DNA of 52,689 nucleotides from a virus. Lineage: Duplodnaviria > Caudoviricetes. The notes beneath the pieces were generated by a model. It made no database searches. It saw nothing but the letters and a program-made list of their open reading frames with translations, and was not told the DNA's origin. The DNA is taken from positions 1 through 52,689 of the IMG/VR virus record IMGVR_UViG_3300021960_008509; one strand, written 5' to 3'. Positions 8,762 through 18,445 of the stretch are shown here, in pieces. Each line of letters starts with the position of its first letter. Position 1 is the stretch's first letter. Made by a program: the position numbers and the translations under genes.

Positions 8762-9694
8762 ATGAAAGTTATGATAACCGGTGGAGCAGGATTTATTGCT
8801 TTTCATCTAGCAAACCAACTAATAGATGAAGGACATACGGTTTGTGGATTCGATAATTTCAATGATTATTATGACCCTGCATTAAAACGCAAACGGGTTA
8901 TGCTTCTTGAGGAAAGAGGTATTCCTGTTTCTGAAATTGACTTGAAAGATGCAGATGCAGTTAGTCGTTATGTTGAAGAAGAAGTCCCCGACACAGTAAT
9001 TCATTTGGGAGCATATGCTAACCCTCGTCATGGAGCAGAATTTCCTGAACTCTATTTAGATAATAATTGTATGGGGTCGCTTAATCTTATTCGGGCTCTT
9101 GAAAAACACAACATTCGTAATGTCATATATGCTTCAACCTCGTGTGTTATGCACGGCAACCCATTACCATGGAGAGAATTTGAGATGCTTGCTCCTCAGA
9201 TAAATCCATATGGTTATTCTAAGATGGTGAACGAGTCTCAATTTGCTATATCAACCATACCCAACGCTGTTGGTTTAAGGTTCTTTACGGTCTATGGTCC
9301 TTGGGGTAGACCTGATATGGCATTGTTTGATTTTACAAAAAAAATACTTGACGGAAACCCTATTACGTTGTATAATTATGGAGACATGAAACGAGATTTC
9401 ACTTACGTGGATGATATCGTACAAGGTATTATTTTAGTGATGAATAATATGACAGAAAGAGACATGTATAATATTGGTCGAGGCGAACCAGTAGAACTTG
9501 AAAGGTTCGTTGATGCAATTGAAACATCTCTGGGGGTTAAGGCAATACGAGAATATGGACCTCAACATCCGGCAGATGCCAAAGACACATGGAGCGACAC
9601 CACTAAATTGCAGAAACTTGGGTATAATCCACAAACCTCTATAGAAGAAGGCGTGAATAAATTTGTGCAATGGTATAGGAGATATCACAATTGA
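8762..9694 (+). CDS. NAD-dependent UDP-glucuronate 4-epimerase
   Basis: TGGAGFIA, DNFNDYYD, YGYSK, LRFFTVYGPWGRPDMA signature. Confidence 0.9.
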   Translation: MKVMITGGAGFIAFHLANQLIDEGHTVCGFDNFNDYYDPALKRKRVMLLEERGIPVSEIDLKDADAVSRYVEEEVPDTVIHLGAYANPRHGAEFPELYLDNNCMGSLNLIRALEKHNIRNVIYASTSCVMHGNPLPWREFEMLAPQINPYGYSKMVNESQFAISTIPNAVGLRFFTVYGPWGRPDMALFDFTKKILDGNPITLYNYGDMKRDFTYVDDIVQGIILVMNNMTERDMYNIGRGEPVELERFVDAIETSLGVKAIREYGPQHPADAKDTWSDTTKLQKLGYNPQTSIEEGVNKFVQWYRRYHN

Positions 9695-10821
9695 AAATTA
9701 TAGTACTGGGCGGCGATGGATTTTGCGGTTGGCCAACCTCTTTAAAACTTGCAAGAGAAGGTCATCAAATTCTTATTCTGGACAATCTTTCTCGGAGAAT
9801 GATTGACGAAGAATTGAAAACCAATTCTCTCACCGATATCCAAAACATTGAAACCAGAATTTCAGTTGCCCAGAGTTGTGCGATGGAGATTGAGTTTAAA
9901 CGAGTTGATTTGAGGCATTACGATTCGATAGTAGATGCCATCGAAGAATTCCAACCAGATGCCATAGTTCATTTTGCAGAGCAAAGAAGTGCCCCTTATT
10001 CCATGATTGGATCTAAAGAGCGTCGATTCACTGTAGAGAATAATATGTGTACGACTCACAATGTATTGAATGCAATTGTGGAAGTTAAACCAGACACCCA
10101 TCTTGTCCATCTTGGTACGATGGGTGTATATGGATACAGTAAAGATTTCGGTTCAATACCTGAAGGATATTTGAATATTAAGGTCAATTCTACTGAGAAG
10201 GATGTTGATATATTATATCCTACTCAACCAGGAAGTGTCTATCACATGACTAAATCTTTGGATCAATTATTGTTTCAGTTTTATGTGAAGAACTGGGGTC
10301 TTAAAATTACAGATTTACATCAGGGTATTGTATGGGGAACTCAAACCGAAGAAACAATGTTAGATCCTGCACTGGTCAATCGATTTGATTATGATGGTAT
10401 TTTTGGAACTGTACTCAATCGTTTCATAGTACAGGCCGCCAACAAACATCCTATCACCGTCTATGGTACCGGAGGACAAAAACGCGCATTCATTCATATT
10501 TCAGATACGGCAAAATGTATCCAACTTGCATGTGAGAATCCTCCATATGGCGAACAGAAAAAAACACGTATATTCAATCAAGTTGCTGAAGTAAAACAGG
10601 TCAAAGAATTAGCATTCATGTGCGCTAAAGACACCATTGATTATGTTACCAACCCTCGAAAAGAACTCAGTGAAAACGATTTAGAAGTAAGTAACGAAGG
10701 CCTTCGGTCTTTAGGATTTGAACCTACATTGTTGTCTGAAGAGTTAATGAACGAGGTTTCGTTTATTGCAAAACAAGGGGAGTTTAAAAAAGAAACTGTA
10801 TTGACTTCTCCTAACTGGTAA
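9691..10821 (+). CDS. sqdB: UDP-sulfoquinovose synthase
   Basis: LGGDGFCGWPTSL, HFAEQRSAPYSM, HLGTMGVYG, PGSVYHMTK, TDLHQGIVWG, RFDYDGIFGTVLNRF. Confidence 0.93.
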   Translation: MKIIVLGGDGFCGWPTSLKLAREGHQILILDNLSRRMIDEELKTNSLTDIQNIETRISVAQSCAMEIEFKRVDLRHYDSIVDAIEEFQPDAIVHFAEQRSAPYSMIGSKERRFTVENNMCTTHNVLNAIVEVKPDTHLVHLGTMGVYGYSKDFGSIPEGYLNIKVNSTEKDVDILYPTQPGSVYHMTKSLDQLLFQFYVKNWGLKITDLHQGIVWGTQTEETMLDPALVNRFDYDGIFGTVLNRFIVQAANKHPITVYGTGGQKRAFIHISDTAKCIQLACENPPYGEQKKTRIFNQVAEVKQVKELAFMCAKDTIDYVTNPRKELSENDLEVSNEGLRSLGFEPTLLSEELMNEVSFIAKQGEFKKETVLTSPNW

Positions 10822-10825
10822 TCCT

Positions 10826-11512
10826 ATGAAAAATATAATATTACAACACTACACCGGAACTTTAGGTGATCTTGAAATTTTATCTTCAAATAATATGCAG
10901 AAATATGCGAACAGCATAGGAGCAGATTATCATTTAATTCGAGGAGATAAATTTCACAAAGGCCTACGTCCTCCCTTGCAAAAATTGCATATGTTGAATA
11001 AAGAATTTGATGAATATGACAACACCGTTATGGTTGATATTGACGGGTTCGCACGAACTGAAGAAAATATATTTACTTATACCGGCATTGGACAACACAA
11101 CTGGATTCAAGAAAAATTGAGATCTGAACTAGCGCAAAAATTTCCTTTATGGTGTTCAGTGAAGTGTCCTTACTGGGGTGGATTCATATACAAACTATCT
11201 AGGGATCTTCGTGTTCGTTTCCGAGAAGTATTATGGAAAGATCCAGCAGTTTTGCAAAGACACAATCCAAGAAACAACAAAGGAGACGAAGGTGTCATGC
11301 ATTCTTTGGCAACGAAACTGAAAATGAATGAAAAGAATGTATACTTTAATGGATACGAATGGGGACATCCAGGTTTTTGGTGGGAAGGAATGGAACAATC
11401 TAAATTTATACATGTTCGAGATAAAATAGATGTAGATAGCAAAGGGAATGGCATTAAAGCACCTAAAATCGAATCATATCGAAAATTGAATGCAATGGGA
11501 ATTATTGAATGA
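10826..11512 (+). CDS. Putative GT-A glycosyltransferase
   Basis: YANSIGADY, MVDID (DxD), GDEGVM, FIH; paralogue-like to the ORFs at 7978 and 11509. Confidence 0.65.
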   Translation: MKNIILQHYTGTLGDLEILSSNNMQKYANSIGADYHLIRGDKFHKGLRPPLQKLHMLNKEFDEYDNTVMVDIDGFARTEENIFTYTGIGQHNWIQEKLRSELAQKFPLWCSVKCPYWGGFIYKLSRDLRVRFREVLWKDPAVLQRHNPRNNKGDEGVMHSLATKLKMNEKNVYFNGYEWGHPGFWWEGMEQSKFIHVRDKIDVDSKGNGIKAPKIESYRKLNAMGIIE

Positions 11513-12327
11513 GTAAAAATTTAATATATCAATGTTGGGAAGGTACCCCTAGACCATCTGCACATTACGGTAGTGATGTTATGAAATCATATGCTGAACG
11601 CATCGGTGCAGACTACGAGTTCGATATTAACTCTGGATTCATTAAACGTTTTCGTGGTATGGGCCCTGAGAGAAGATATTACGGTACACTTAAACCAATC
11701 TATGAAGATAGGTTTTTAGAATATGATAAAGTAATGTATGTGGATACTGATATTTTTCCAGTCGAAGGATTAAAAGAAAATATTTTCGATACCTTTAATC
11801 AAGACATAGGAATGTGTACAGAACCTACTATGCCAGATATCCGCGCTAAACGCGCAGATGAAATGCTTTGGCATCGAATGTTGAAAAACAAATACAATAC
11901 CGAATGTGCTAAAAGAGAAGACGGTAAGTACCTTGTTTACAATGCGGGTCTTGTAATGTGGAGCAATCAGGGATTGAAACATTCTCGCAGTAAATGGGGT
12001 TCGGTTTCTAATTATGTTTTCGATGTTAAGCATGCAGGTATTACTAAAGAGATTTACAAAACAGATCAGAACTACATTCATGCTATGGTATTTTCTTCTA
12101 ATATGTCATTACAATCATTAGACAATGAATGGAATAGATATATCACATGGAACAATTGGAGATTGCCAGATCGTAAAGTTATTGATCCGAGAACCCCAAA
12201 CACTAAATTTGTACATGTGCAAATGCGCGGAGCAGATGATCTGGACAATGACACTCATTGGCGAGTGGTAAACAAACCGGTGTCTGAATGGGGCATTGAT
12301 AAGTGGGGGAAACCTTTCGAATGTTAA
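11509..12327 (+). CDS. GT-A (GT8/GT34-like) glycosyltransferase
   Basis: YVDTDIF, YNAGLVMW, TDQNY, WN, FVH. Confidence 0.78.
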   Translation: MSKNLIYQCWEGTPRPSAHYGSDVMKSYAERIGADYEFDINSGFIKRFRGMGPERRYYGTLKPIYEDRFLEYDKVMYVDTDIFPVEGLKENIFDTFNQDIGMCTEPTMPDIRAKRADEMLWHRMLKNKYNTECAKREDGKYLVYNAGLVMWSNQGLKHSRSKWGSVSNYVFDVKHAGITKEIYKTDQNYIHAMVFSSNMSLQSLDNEWNRYITWNNWRLPDRKVIDPRTPNTKFVHVQMRGADDLDNDTHWRVVNKPVSEWGIDKWGKPFEC

Positions 12328-12854
12328 GTAAAAAACTAATAGTCATAGGTTTGTCTCGTACTGGTACGACTACTATACACCAATATTTAAGGTCTAGACA
12401 TTTAGTTTCTCTTCATTATCCATCCAAAGCACAGTTATATGATAATAGATACGATTCTATTTCAGACCTTCCTGCTTCACTCTACTTTAAAGATCTAGAT
12501 AAGTATTGGAAGAAACGTTGTAATTTTTTATATCTTACTAGACCAATTGAAGATTGGGTAGAATCTGTCCTTTGGAAATTTGGTGATAAACCGATTCCTC
12601 CAGATCCGTTTCATCGAGAACTTAGAGAGAGAGCGTATGGTTCTCAGCTTCCAACCCGCGAAGCATTCATAGATGCGTACCATAAACACGAAGAACAGGT
12701 GTTTAAGTATTTTAAGGATCGTCCGAAGGATCTACTTACCATGAGTTTATTTACAGATGATCAAACTAAATCTTTAAATACATTGTGTGAATTTATAGGA
12801 ATAAAAAATAACGGCATACCCTTTCCGCATGCTAATAAAAGGAAACAAAAATGA
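12321..12854 (+). CDS. Sulfotransferase-family (P-loop) protein
   Basis: IVIGLSRTGTTT 5'-PSB-like loop, DLP, LTRPIEDWVES, FPHAN. Confidence 0.75.
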   Translation: MLSKKLIVIGLSRTGTTTIHQYLRSRHLVSLHYPSKAQLYDNRYDSISDLPASLYFKDLDKYWKKRCNFLYLTRPIEDWVESVLWKFGDKPIPPDPFHRELRERAYGSQLPTREAFIDAYHKHEEQVFKYFKDRPKDLLTMSLFTDDQTKSLNTLCEFIGIKNNGIPFPHANKRKQK

Positions 12855-13558
12855 CAGAAAAAATGCGTAAAGTATTTAATAAGAATGGCTGTGATAAAGG
12901 TGACGGCATGCACGGTCATGGATACTGGAGAGTCTACGGTCCTAAGATGGAAAAGGATTATGACAACGAAGTTAATATTCTGGAGATCGGAATCTGGAAA
13001 GGTAAGTCGATGAAGTCTTTTCATGAGATATTCCCTAATGCTCAACTTTATGGCATTGATGTTTTCACTCGAATCCCATCGAACGAGATTGCCATTTTAA
13101 AAGAAGAACGTGTTCATTGGTCAGAGGGAGATTCTAGAAATCCTGAAAGTGTGGCAAGAATGTTTAATGATGAAAACTGGGGGAGTGATATTCAGTTCGA
13201 TTATATTATTGATGATGGGGAGCATACTCCTATTGCCAATCTTAAAACTTTTAAAAACTTTTATCCTTATTTAAAACCGGGCGGTAAATATTTTATTGAA
13301 GACATTTGGAAAATAGATGACATGACTACGGCAGAATTGTCATTTAATTATTTGACTAAAAATAACAATCGTAACCGCAATAAACAGAACCCCATTTTGT
13401 ACAATGAACTAGTGGATTATGCTGAAACACAAGGGAAAGTAGAACATCACGATTTAAGATTCAGAAATGCTATTATTAATGGGAACCTAATTAGGAAACC
13501 GGATCACAAGCACGGATCAATTGATAGTTACATCATTGAGATTACTAAACCGCTATGA
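12851..13558 (+). CDS. SAM-dependent sugar O-methyltransferase (MycE/TylE-like)
   Basis: CDK...HGY, ILEIGI, GID, IIDDGEH, LKPGGKYFIEDI. Confidence 0.8.
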   Translation: MTEKMRKVFNKNGCDKGDGMHGHGYWRVYGPKMEKDYDNEVNILEIGIWKGKSMKSFHEIFPNAQLYGIDVFTRIPSNEIAILKEERVHWSEGDSRNPESVARMFNDENWGSDIQFDYIIDDGEHTPIANLKTFKNFYPYLKPGGKYFIEDIWKIDDMTTAELSFNYLTKNNNRNRNKQNPILYNELVDYAETQGKVEHHDLRFRNAIINGNLIRKPDHKHGSIDSYIIEITKPL

Positions 13559-14259
13559 TAAATGCTTTTATAATTACTCTTAAAGGGGATTCAGAAAGTT
13601 TGATCAATGCTCAAAAGTGCAAAGAGAGTGCTCCATCTAATGTGTGGGCAGATATCTTTGCTGCCTGTACTCCCGAAGAAGTAACAACCAGATTTAAATC
13701 GTACCAGATTCAGTGGAACTATCCATGGACAAAAAAGGTACATGATCTTCAAAGTGGATTGATCAAAACGCCCTATCAAACGGCAGATCCAAAGAAACGA
13801 ATGGCATGTTTCTTTTCCCACTGGATGCTTTGGCATAGGTGCTTTACCAAAAACGAACCTATTATAGTTTTAGAACAAGATGCGTTGTTTCTTTCATCGG
13901 ATACCCTCGTTGATTTCAAGACACTAGATGATGCAAAAGAAACTGTGATCTCTCTTAATCGACCTGAAGTAGGAGCAACACCTAATGCAGCAGACTATCG
14001 AGCGCAAGTCGAACATCAAGGAAAAGGAGTCAATAAAGTACCATGGGTTAGAGATCGAAACCAACCCAATGGTCTGCCTGGAAATTCTGCATACTATATC
14101 AAACCAGCAGGTGCAAAAAAACTACTCACACTTACCAAGGAGTTTGGAGCATGGCCCAACGACTCCCTCATGTGTAAACAACTTATGCCTAAAGATCTGG
14201 GGTGTCTATTCCCCTTTGTTACTACTAATCAAAAAACTAAATCGACTACTACATTATGA
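13555..14259 (+). CDS. GT25-like glycosyltransferase
   Basis: ACFFSHWMLW, VLEQDA, GNSAYYIKPAGAKKLL, PND. Confidence 0.82.
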   Translation: MINAFIITLKGDSESLINAQKCKESAPSNVWADIFAACTPEEVTTRFKSYQIQWNYPWTKKVHDLQSGLIKTPYQTADPKKRMACFFSHWMLWHRCFTKNEPIIVLEQDALFLSSDTLVDFKTLDDAKETVISLNRPEVGATPNAADYRAQVEHQGKGVNKVPWVRDRNQPNGLPGNSAYYIKPAGAKKLLTLTKEFGAWPNDSLMCKQLMPKDLGCLFPFVTTNQKTKSTTTL

Positions 14260-14906
14260 AGTCGTTCGTTATAACAATTAAAGGTAATTCACATAGCGAA
14301 GATGCTTCACGGAGGTGTATTAAAAGCATAAAGAATTTTGATGTGAACGTCTTTGATGCAGTGACACCTACAGACAATCCTTTAAAACTTTTGGAAAATG
14401 AAGGTATCCCTCATGTCGGATTTACCCGAGACGATTCGGAATATACAGTAGTAGAACCTTGTATTTCTGCATTCCTATCACACTATTCCCTGTGGAAAAA
14501 ATGCATAGAAGATGACGAGGAATACCAAATTTTTGAACATGATGCCGTTGCAATAACGAATATTCCTGAGTGGATTTCTTATGATAAAGTTATCTCTCTG
14601 GGACAACCGAGTTACGGTAAATTTAGGACTCCAGAGTTTCTAGGCAGTGGTCCTCTTACATCTAAACCTTATTTTCCGGGTGCTCATGCCTATCGTTTGA
14701 AACCTAAAGGGGCAAAGATACTTGTAGACACCGCCAAAACGTACTGCCGAACAACTGATATATATTTAGATATAAGAAGATTTCCTTTTCTTCAGGAGTT
14801 CTATCCATGGCCAGTAGTGGCAAGAGATGGGTTTACTACATTACAGAAAGAAAAAGGATGTCTTGCCAAGCACGGATATAGTGATAAGTATGAGATATTA
14901 ACATGA
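14256..14906 (+). CDS. GT25-like glycosyltransferase
   Basis: FDAVTP, AFLSHYSLWKKC, IFEHDA, GAHAYRLKPKGAKIL. Confidence 0.85.
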   Translation: MKSFVITIKGNSHSEDASRRCIKSIKNFDVNVFDAVTPTDNPLKLLENEGIPHVGFTRDDSEYTVVEPCISAFLSHYSLWKKCIEDDEEYQIFEHDAVAITNIPEWISYDKVISLGQPSYGKFRTPEFLGSGPLTSKPYFPGAHAYRLKPKGAKILVDTAKTYCRTTDIYLDIRRFPFLQEFYPWPVVARDGFTTLQKEKGCLAKHGYSDKYEILT

Positions 14907-15562
14907 CTTTACCTAGAGCATTTGTAACAGGATGTGATTCTAATACCGAGTGGATGCTTCCTTGGTTTTTAAAAAACTATTTAAAACACAACGACACTCC
15001 CATTGTATTTGCAGATTTTGGAGTAACCGAATCGACCCGCTTATTTGTGAATTCAAGTGCATTTGTCGAAACCGTTAAAATTCCTAAACAGAAACACAAT
15101 GGGTGGTTTCTAAAACCTCGTACTCTGAGAGATGTACAGGTCGATGAATTGTGTTGGTTAGACACGGACGTTGAAGTATTGGGTGACCTTAGCGGTATTT
15201 TTAAATATGTGGAAAAAGATAAACTGGCAATGGCAGAAGATCGCCCATGGACTAAGCGAACCGGAGAACATTGGCACAATAGTGGGGTGATTGCAATGAA
15301 GGGTAAACCGCAAATCCTAACTCGATGGATAGAAAGTTGTGCAAAGAATCCGGCAAGAGGAGATCAAGAGACCCTTCATGAACTACTATCCTTTCCTCCT
15401 TTGCTCAAAACTATGCACGTGAATACCGTACCTAATATATACAATTGGTTGAGAGTTCAATTAGAAAACGACAGAGAAGACAATCCAAACAAGTTAGCAA
15501 TGCATTGGACGGGACACAAAGGCAAACTAACCATAGAGAAGAAGATTTATAATGAAACATAG
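14903..15562 (+). CDS. GT-A (GT8/GT77-like) nucleotide-diphospho-sugar transferase
   Basis: VTGCD, WFLKP, WLDTD, HNSGVI, GDQETL, HWTG. Confidence 0.78.
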   Translation: MTLPRAFVTGCDSNTEWMLPWFLKNYLKHNDTPIVFADFGVTESTRLFVNSSAFVETVKIPKQKHNGWFLKPRTLRDVQVDELCWLDTDVEVLGDLSGIFKYVEKDKLAMAEDRPWTKRTGEHWHNSGVIAMKGKPQILTRWIESCAKNPARGDQETLHELLSFPPLLKTMHVNTVPNIYNWLRVQLENDREDNPNKLAMHWTGHKGKLTIEKKIYNET

Positions 15563-16328
15563 AGTATGGCATATAATTGGTAACGGGGATATGGCACATC
15601 TTTATCAAGAAAAGAAAAGAGTGGGGAACAAATTAATATGTAATCAACCTCCGTTTGAAATCAGTCCGTCTGAAATATTTGCAACTTGTATGGTCGATTT
15701 TAAAATGATGGCTGCCCTCACTGAAGGTTCGATTACTATCGATGCTTACCGGTGGGTGTTAGGAACTCGCCCCAGAATTTGGATGTATGAGCGTCCAGAT
15801 TTCTATCTTAAATATGCTCCCAACGTTCGAGAGTTCTACACTCACGTTCCTGATTATGCTTATAATGCAACTAACTTCAATTGTGGTCATATGGCAACTC
15901 ACTATGCAGCAAGTCGGCATAAAGCAGATGAAATTCATTTATACGGTTGCGATACTGTCTTCGATTTTAATATGCGTAGTGTGACAGATTTTTATCTTTC
16001 AAGTGATCGTACTGATACTAACAACTATCGTTTGCTCAATACTTGGAGACCAGTATGGAGAGATATAATTCGAGAACATCCTCAAACAAAGTTCATTTTT
16101 CACCACAATCATGATGCTCTAAAAATTCCCCGACTTGACAACATGGAAGTAATCGTGTATAATAAACCTTTAAGCACAATTCAAAACAAAAAAGATACCA
16201 GTGATATTTCTGATGGACGCGGTATGGAAAAACAGAAAATCACGGGTAATGGTATTGAATATACCAAAAAGCAAAGTATCCTTGCAGGAAAATTTGCACG
16301 TAGAGGTTATAAGAATCATGAACTTTAA
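15552..16328 (+). CDS. Putative sialyltransferase/Maf(DUF115)-fold transferase
   Basis: WHIIGNG, ICN, NCGHMA, EIHLYGCD match the IIGNGPS...IYLxGxD pattern. Confidence 0.5.
   Translation: MKHRVWHIIGNGDMAHLYQEKKRVGNKLICNQPPFEISPSEIFATCMVDFKMMAALTEGSITIDAYRWVLGTRPRIWMYERPDFYLKYAPNVREFYTHVPDYAYNATNFNCGHMATHYAASRHKADEIHLYGCDTVFDFNMRSVTDFYLSSDRTDTNNYRLLNTWRPVWRDIIREHPQTKFIFHHNHDALKIPRLDNMEVIVYNKPLSTIQNKKDTSDISDGRGMEKQKITGNGIEYTKKQSILAGKFARRGYKNHEL
16135..16163 (+). promoter_or_regulatory. Perfect sigma70 promoter embedded in a CDS
   Basis: TTGACA-17 nt-TATAAT with TG in the spacer, upstream of the exonuclease/hemO/pcyX genes. Confidence 0.75.
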
Positions 16329-17025
16329 ACACGAACCAACCGATCTGGGTTACACTGACATGATCGCACACACTACGGAAGATGGACGTACTTACGAACA
16401 TCCGGTTGAGCGTAAGTCGTACCCTTCTATCACTACGGTACTTTCTATTTTAAGTGAGGCCTCGATTGCCAAATGGAGAAAGAGCGTAGGAGAAGAGGTT
16501 GCCAACCAAATTTCCTCTCGTGCATCTCGAAGAGGTACTTCAGTGCATGAGTGTATCGAGAGGTATATTAATAATGAATCTCTTGCAGATCTTCGAAAAG
16601 CATATACTCCGGATATCATGGCAAGTCTCAAATCTATTCGAGGTGTTCTCGACGAAAGAATAGGAAAAGTTTATGGACAAGAACTACCGCTTTATTCGGA
16701 TCATTTATCTGTTGCTGGGCGCGTTGATTGTGTTGCTGAGTTTGACGGAAAAATATCGATTATTGATTTCAAAACCAGCAGAAAGTATAAAAAACGAGAA
16801 TGGATTACCAATTACTTTGCCCAAGAAGCCGCATATGCGATTATGTGGGAAGAACGAACCGGAGTGCCAATTACCCAACTCGTTACCATAATCGCAGTTG
16901 ATGAGATGACGTTCAACGGACCTCCAGGTCATCAAGTCTATATTGAACACAGAGATAATTGGACCACAAAACTTAAGGAAACGATCTGTGAATATAATAA
17001 AAGAGCGCACCCGAGATTTGCATGA
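16318..17025 (+). CDS. PD-(D/E)XK exonuclease (phage Cas4-like, lacking the Fe-S cysteines)
   Basis: YPSITTVL, RGTSVH, AGRVDCV, IIDFKTS, QEAAYA. Confidence 0.88.
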   Translation: MNFKHEPTDLGYTDMIAHTTEDGRTYEHPVERKSYPSITTVLSILSEASIAKWRKSVGEEVANQISSRASRRGTSVHECIERYINNESLADLRKAYTPDIMASLKSIRGVLDERIGKVYGQELPLYSDHLSVAGRVDCVAEFDGKISIIDFKTSRKYKKREWITNYFAQEAAYAIMWEERTGVPITQLVTIIAVDEMTFNGPPGHQVYIEHRDNWTTKLKETICEYNKRAHPRFA

Positions 17026-17533
17026 AGATCTTGAACGTTTACCTTTCAATCAAAAAATGTTTCGAAGTGAACAAACTATACCAGAACGTATTGGTTATTT
17101 ACTGGGACTACAGTCTATTTTTGTGTGCTTGGATCAGTACGTACCTACTGAGTTAAGACGTTATGATAACATTAAAAATGACATTGCCAAACTTAAAGAA
17201 ATGTCTGGAATGACAGGAGATGCGGTTTCTCAATTACTTCCGTGGGCTTCAATTGGTTACTGTACCTATCTGGATTATATTACCGATGATATAGAACCTC
17301 ACGTCTACCTAAATTATATGGGTCTGATGTTTGGTGGTCAGATTATGAAAAAGAGATACCCCCAGTATCCAATGTCTGTATATGATTTTGATGACGATTT
17401 ATCCAAACTTAAATTGTGGATTAGAGAAGAAGTTTGTGAAGAAAATGACAAATTTATTGATGAAGTTAAGATGGGGTTTAAGTGGAATATGGCAATGATG
17501 GAAGAACTTGGGAATGAGCATGGTGTGGAATGA
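16988..17533 (+). CDS. hemO: Heme oxygenase-like protein (divergent)
   Basis: IKERTRDLHEDLE with proximal His, HVYLNYMGLMFGGQ distal helix, EVKMGF; GTG start after AAGGA. Confidence 0.8.
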   Translation: MNIIKERTRDLHEDLERLPFNQKMFRSEQTIPERIGYLLGLQSIFVCLDQYVPTELRRYDNIKNDIAKLKEMSGMTGDAVSQLLPWASIGYCTYLDYITDDIEPHVYLNYMGLMFGGQIMKKRYPQYPMSVYDFDDDLSKLKLWIREEVCEENDKFIDEVKMGFKWNMAMMEELGNEHGVE

Positions 17534-18188
17534 GTTTATTGATTTCAGCGAATATGCTAAGATTATGATGGAGGGGCACTGTGGTAAGCCTACCCTGACG
17601 ATCAATGGTCCACACACGGACATACGATACACATCGAAAAAGACCGACCTCGCGAATATATCCATCATTGACTGTCGCGAGACAAAGAAGATGTGGATGA
17701 TGCATGTGGCATGTTTCTCAAAAGACGATTATCCCATGCCCATATACGGGTTTGATATCATTTGTGGTAAGAACAAAGTCACCGGATGTTTTCATGACAT
17801 GTCACCAGTCTCCAAAAACTACTCCCAAGCATTCAAAGATTTTATCACCAATGTGACTCCCTATATTCCTAAACGAACCAGAGAACTACCACCATGGGCA
17901 AAGGAAATATTCTCTGATCATATGGTAGTCGCAGGAGCAACCGATGACATTCAAGAGATCAAAAACCTCGTACACATGGGAAAAGAAAATCTTCATGCGT
18001 GGTTCAAAGAACTTGACACTCTGATGAACACTACGGTTGATTGGGTGCACCTTAAAAACTACAAAGAGAACCGCACTAAGTACTGTAAGAACCAGTTGGA
18101 AAATACCAACTCGAAAAATGTTATGATATCACTAGGGTTAGCGGAAGATTATGTCAACAAATTCAAAAAACAACAGTTCCCTTATTAG
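17514..18188 (+). CDS. pcyX: Ferredoxin-dependent bilin reductase (PcyX/PcyA-like)
   Basis: WMMHVACF, PIYGFDII, GCFHDMSP, RELPPWAKEIFS, YCKNQLEN; directly after the heme oxygenase. Confidence 0.8.
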   Translation: MSMVWNEFIDFSEYAKIMMEGHCGKPTLTINGPHTDIRYTSKKTDLANISIIDCRETKKMWMMHVACFSKDDYPMPIYGFDIICGKNKVTGCFHDMSPVSKNYSQAFKDFITNVTPYIPKRTRELPPWAKEIFSDHMVVAGATDDIQEIKNLVHMGKENLHAWFKELDTLMNTTVDWVHLKNYKENRTKYCKNQLENTNSKNVMISLGLAEDYVNKFKKQQFPY

Positions 18189-18199
18189 GATTTAATAAA

Positions 18200-18445
18200 A
18201 TGGATATCAACGATTTCGGATTCACAGCGGTGAATGAAGACGAACTAGAAGTAGTACAAACTGCCAAGGAACAAGCATCTAACACACTTGAATTGCACGA
18301 TAGATTACATGCATTATACAATGCCGTTCAACCTCTACTAACTAATCTCAAAGCAAATCCCGAGAAAGATTATATCTATTGGCCTAACAGAATGACCAAG
18401 GTCGAAGAGTTCTCCGACATGCTCGATAAGATATATCGCGGATGA
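18200..18445 (+). CDS. Conserved phage hypothetical protein
   Basis: DFGFTAVNEDEL...PLLTNLKANPEKDYIYWPNR; AGGA Shine-Dalgarno. Confidence 0.7.
   Translation: MDINDFGFTAVNEDELEVVQTAKEQASNTLELHDRLHALYNAVQPLLTNLKANPEKDYIYWPNRMTKVEEFSDMLDKIYRG

Noticed and set aside
16318-17025. cas4 / CRISPR-Cas system
   Set aside because: It lacks the four-cysteine Fe-S motif and any cas context; this is the common T4-like phage exonuclease
16988-18188. Evidence for a cyanophage (ho1/pcyA or pebS)
   Set aside because: The reductase has PcyX-like WMMH/GFDII motifs, the RNR is class II, and no photosynthesis genes are visible
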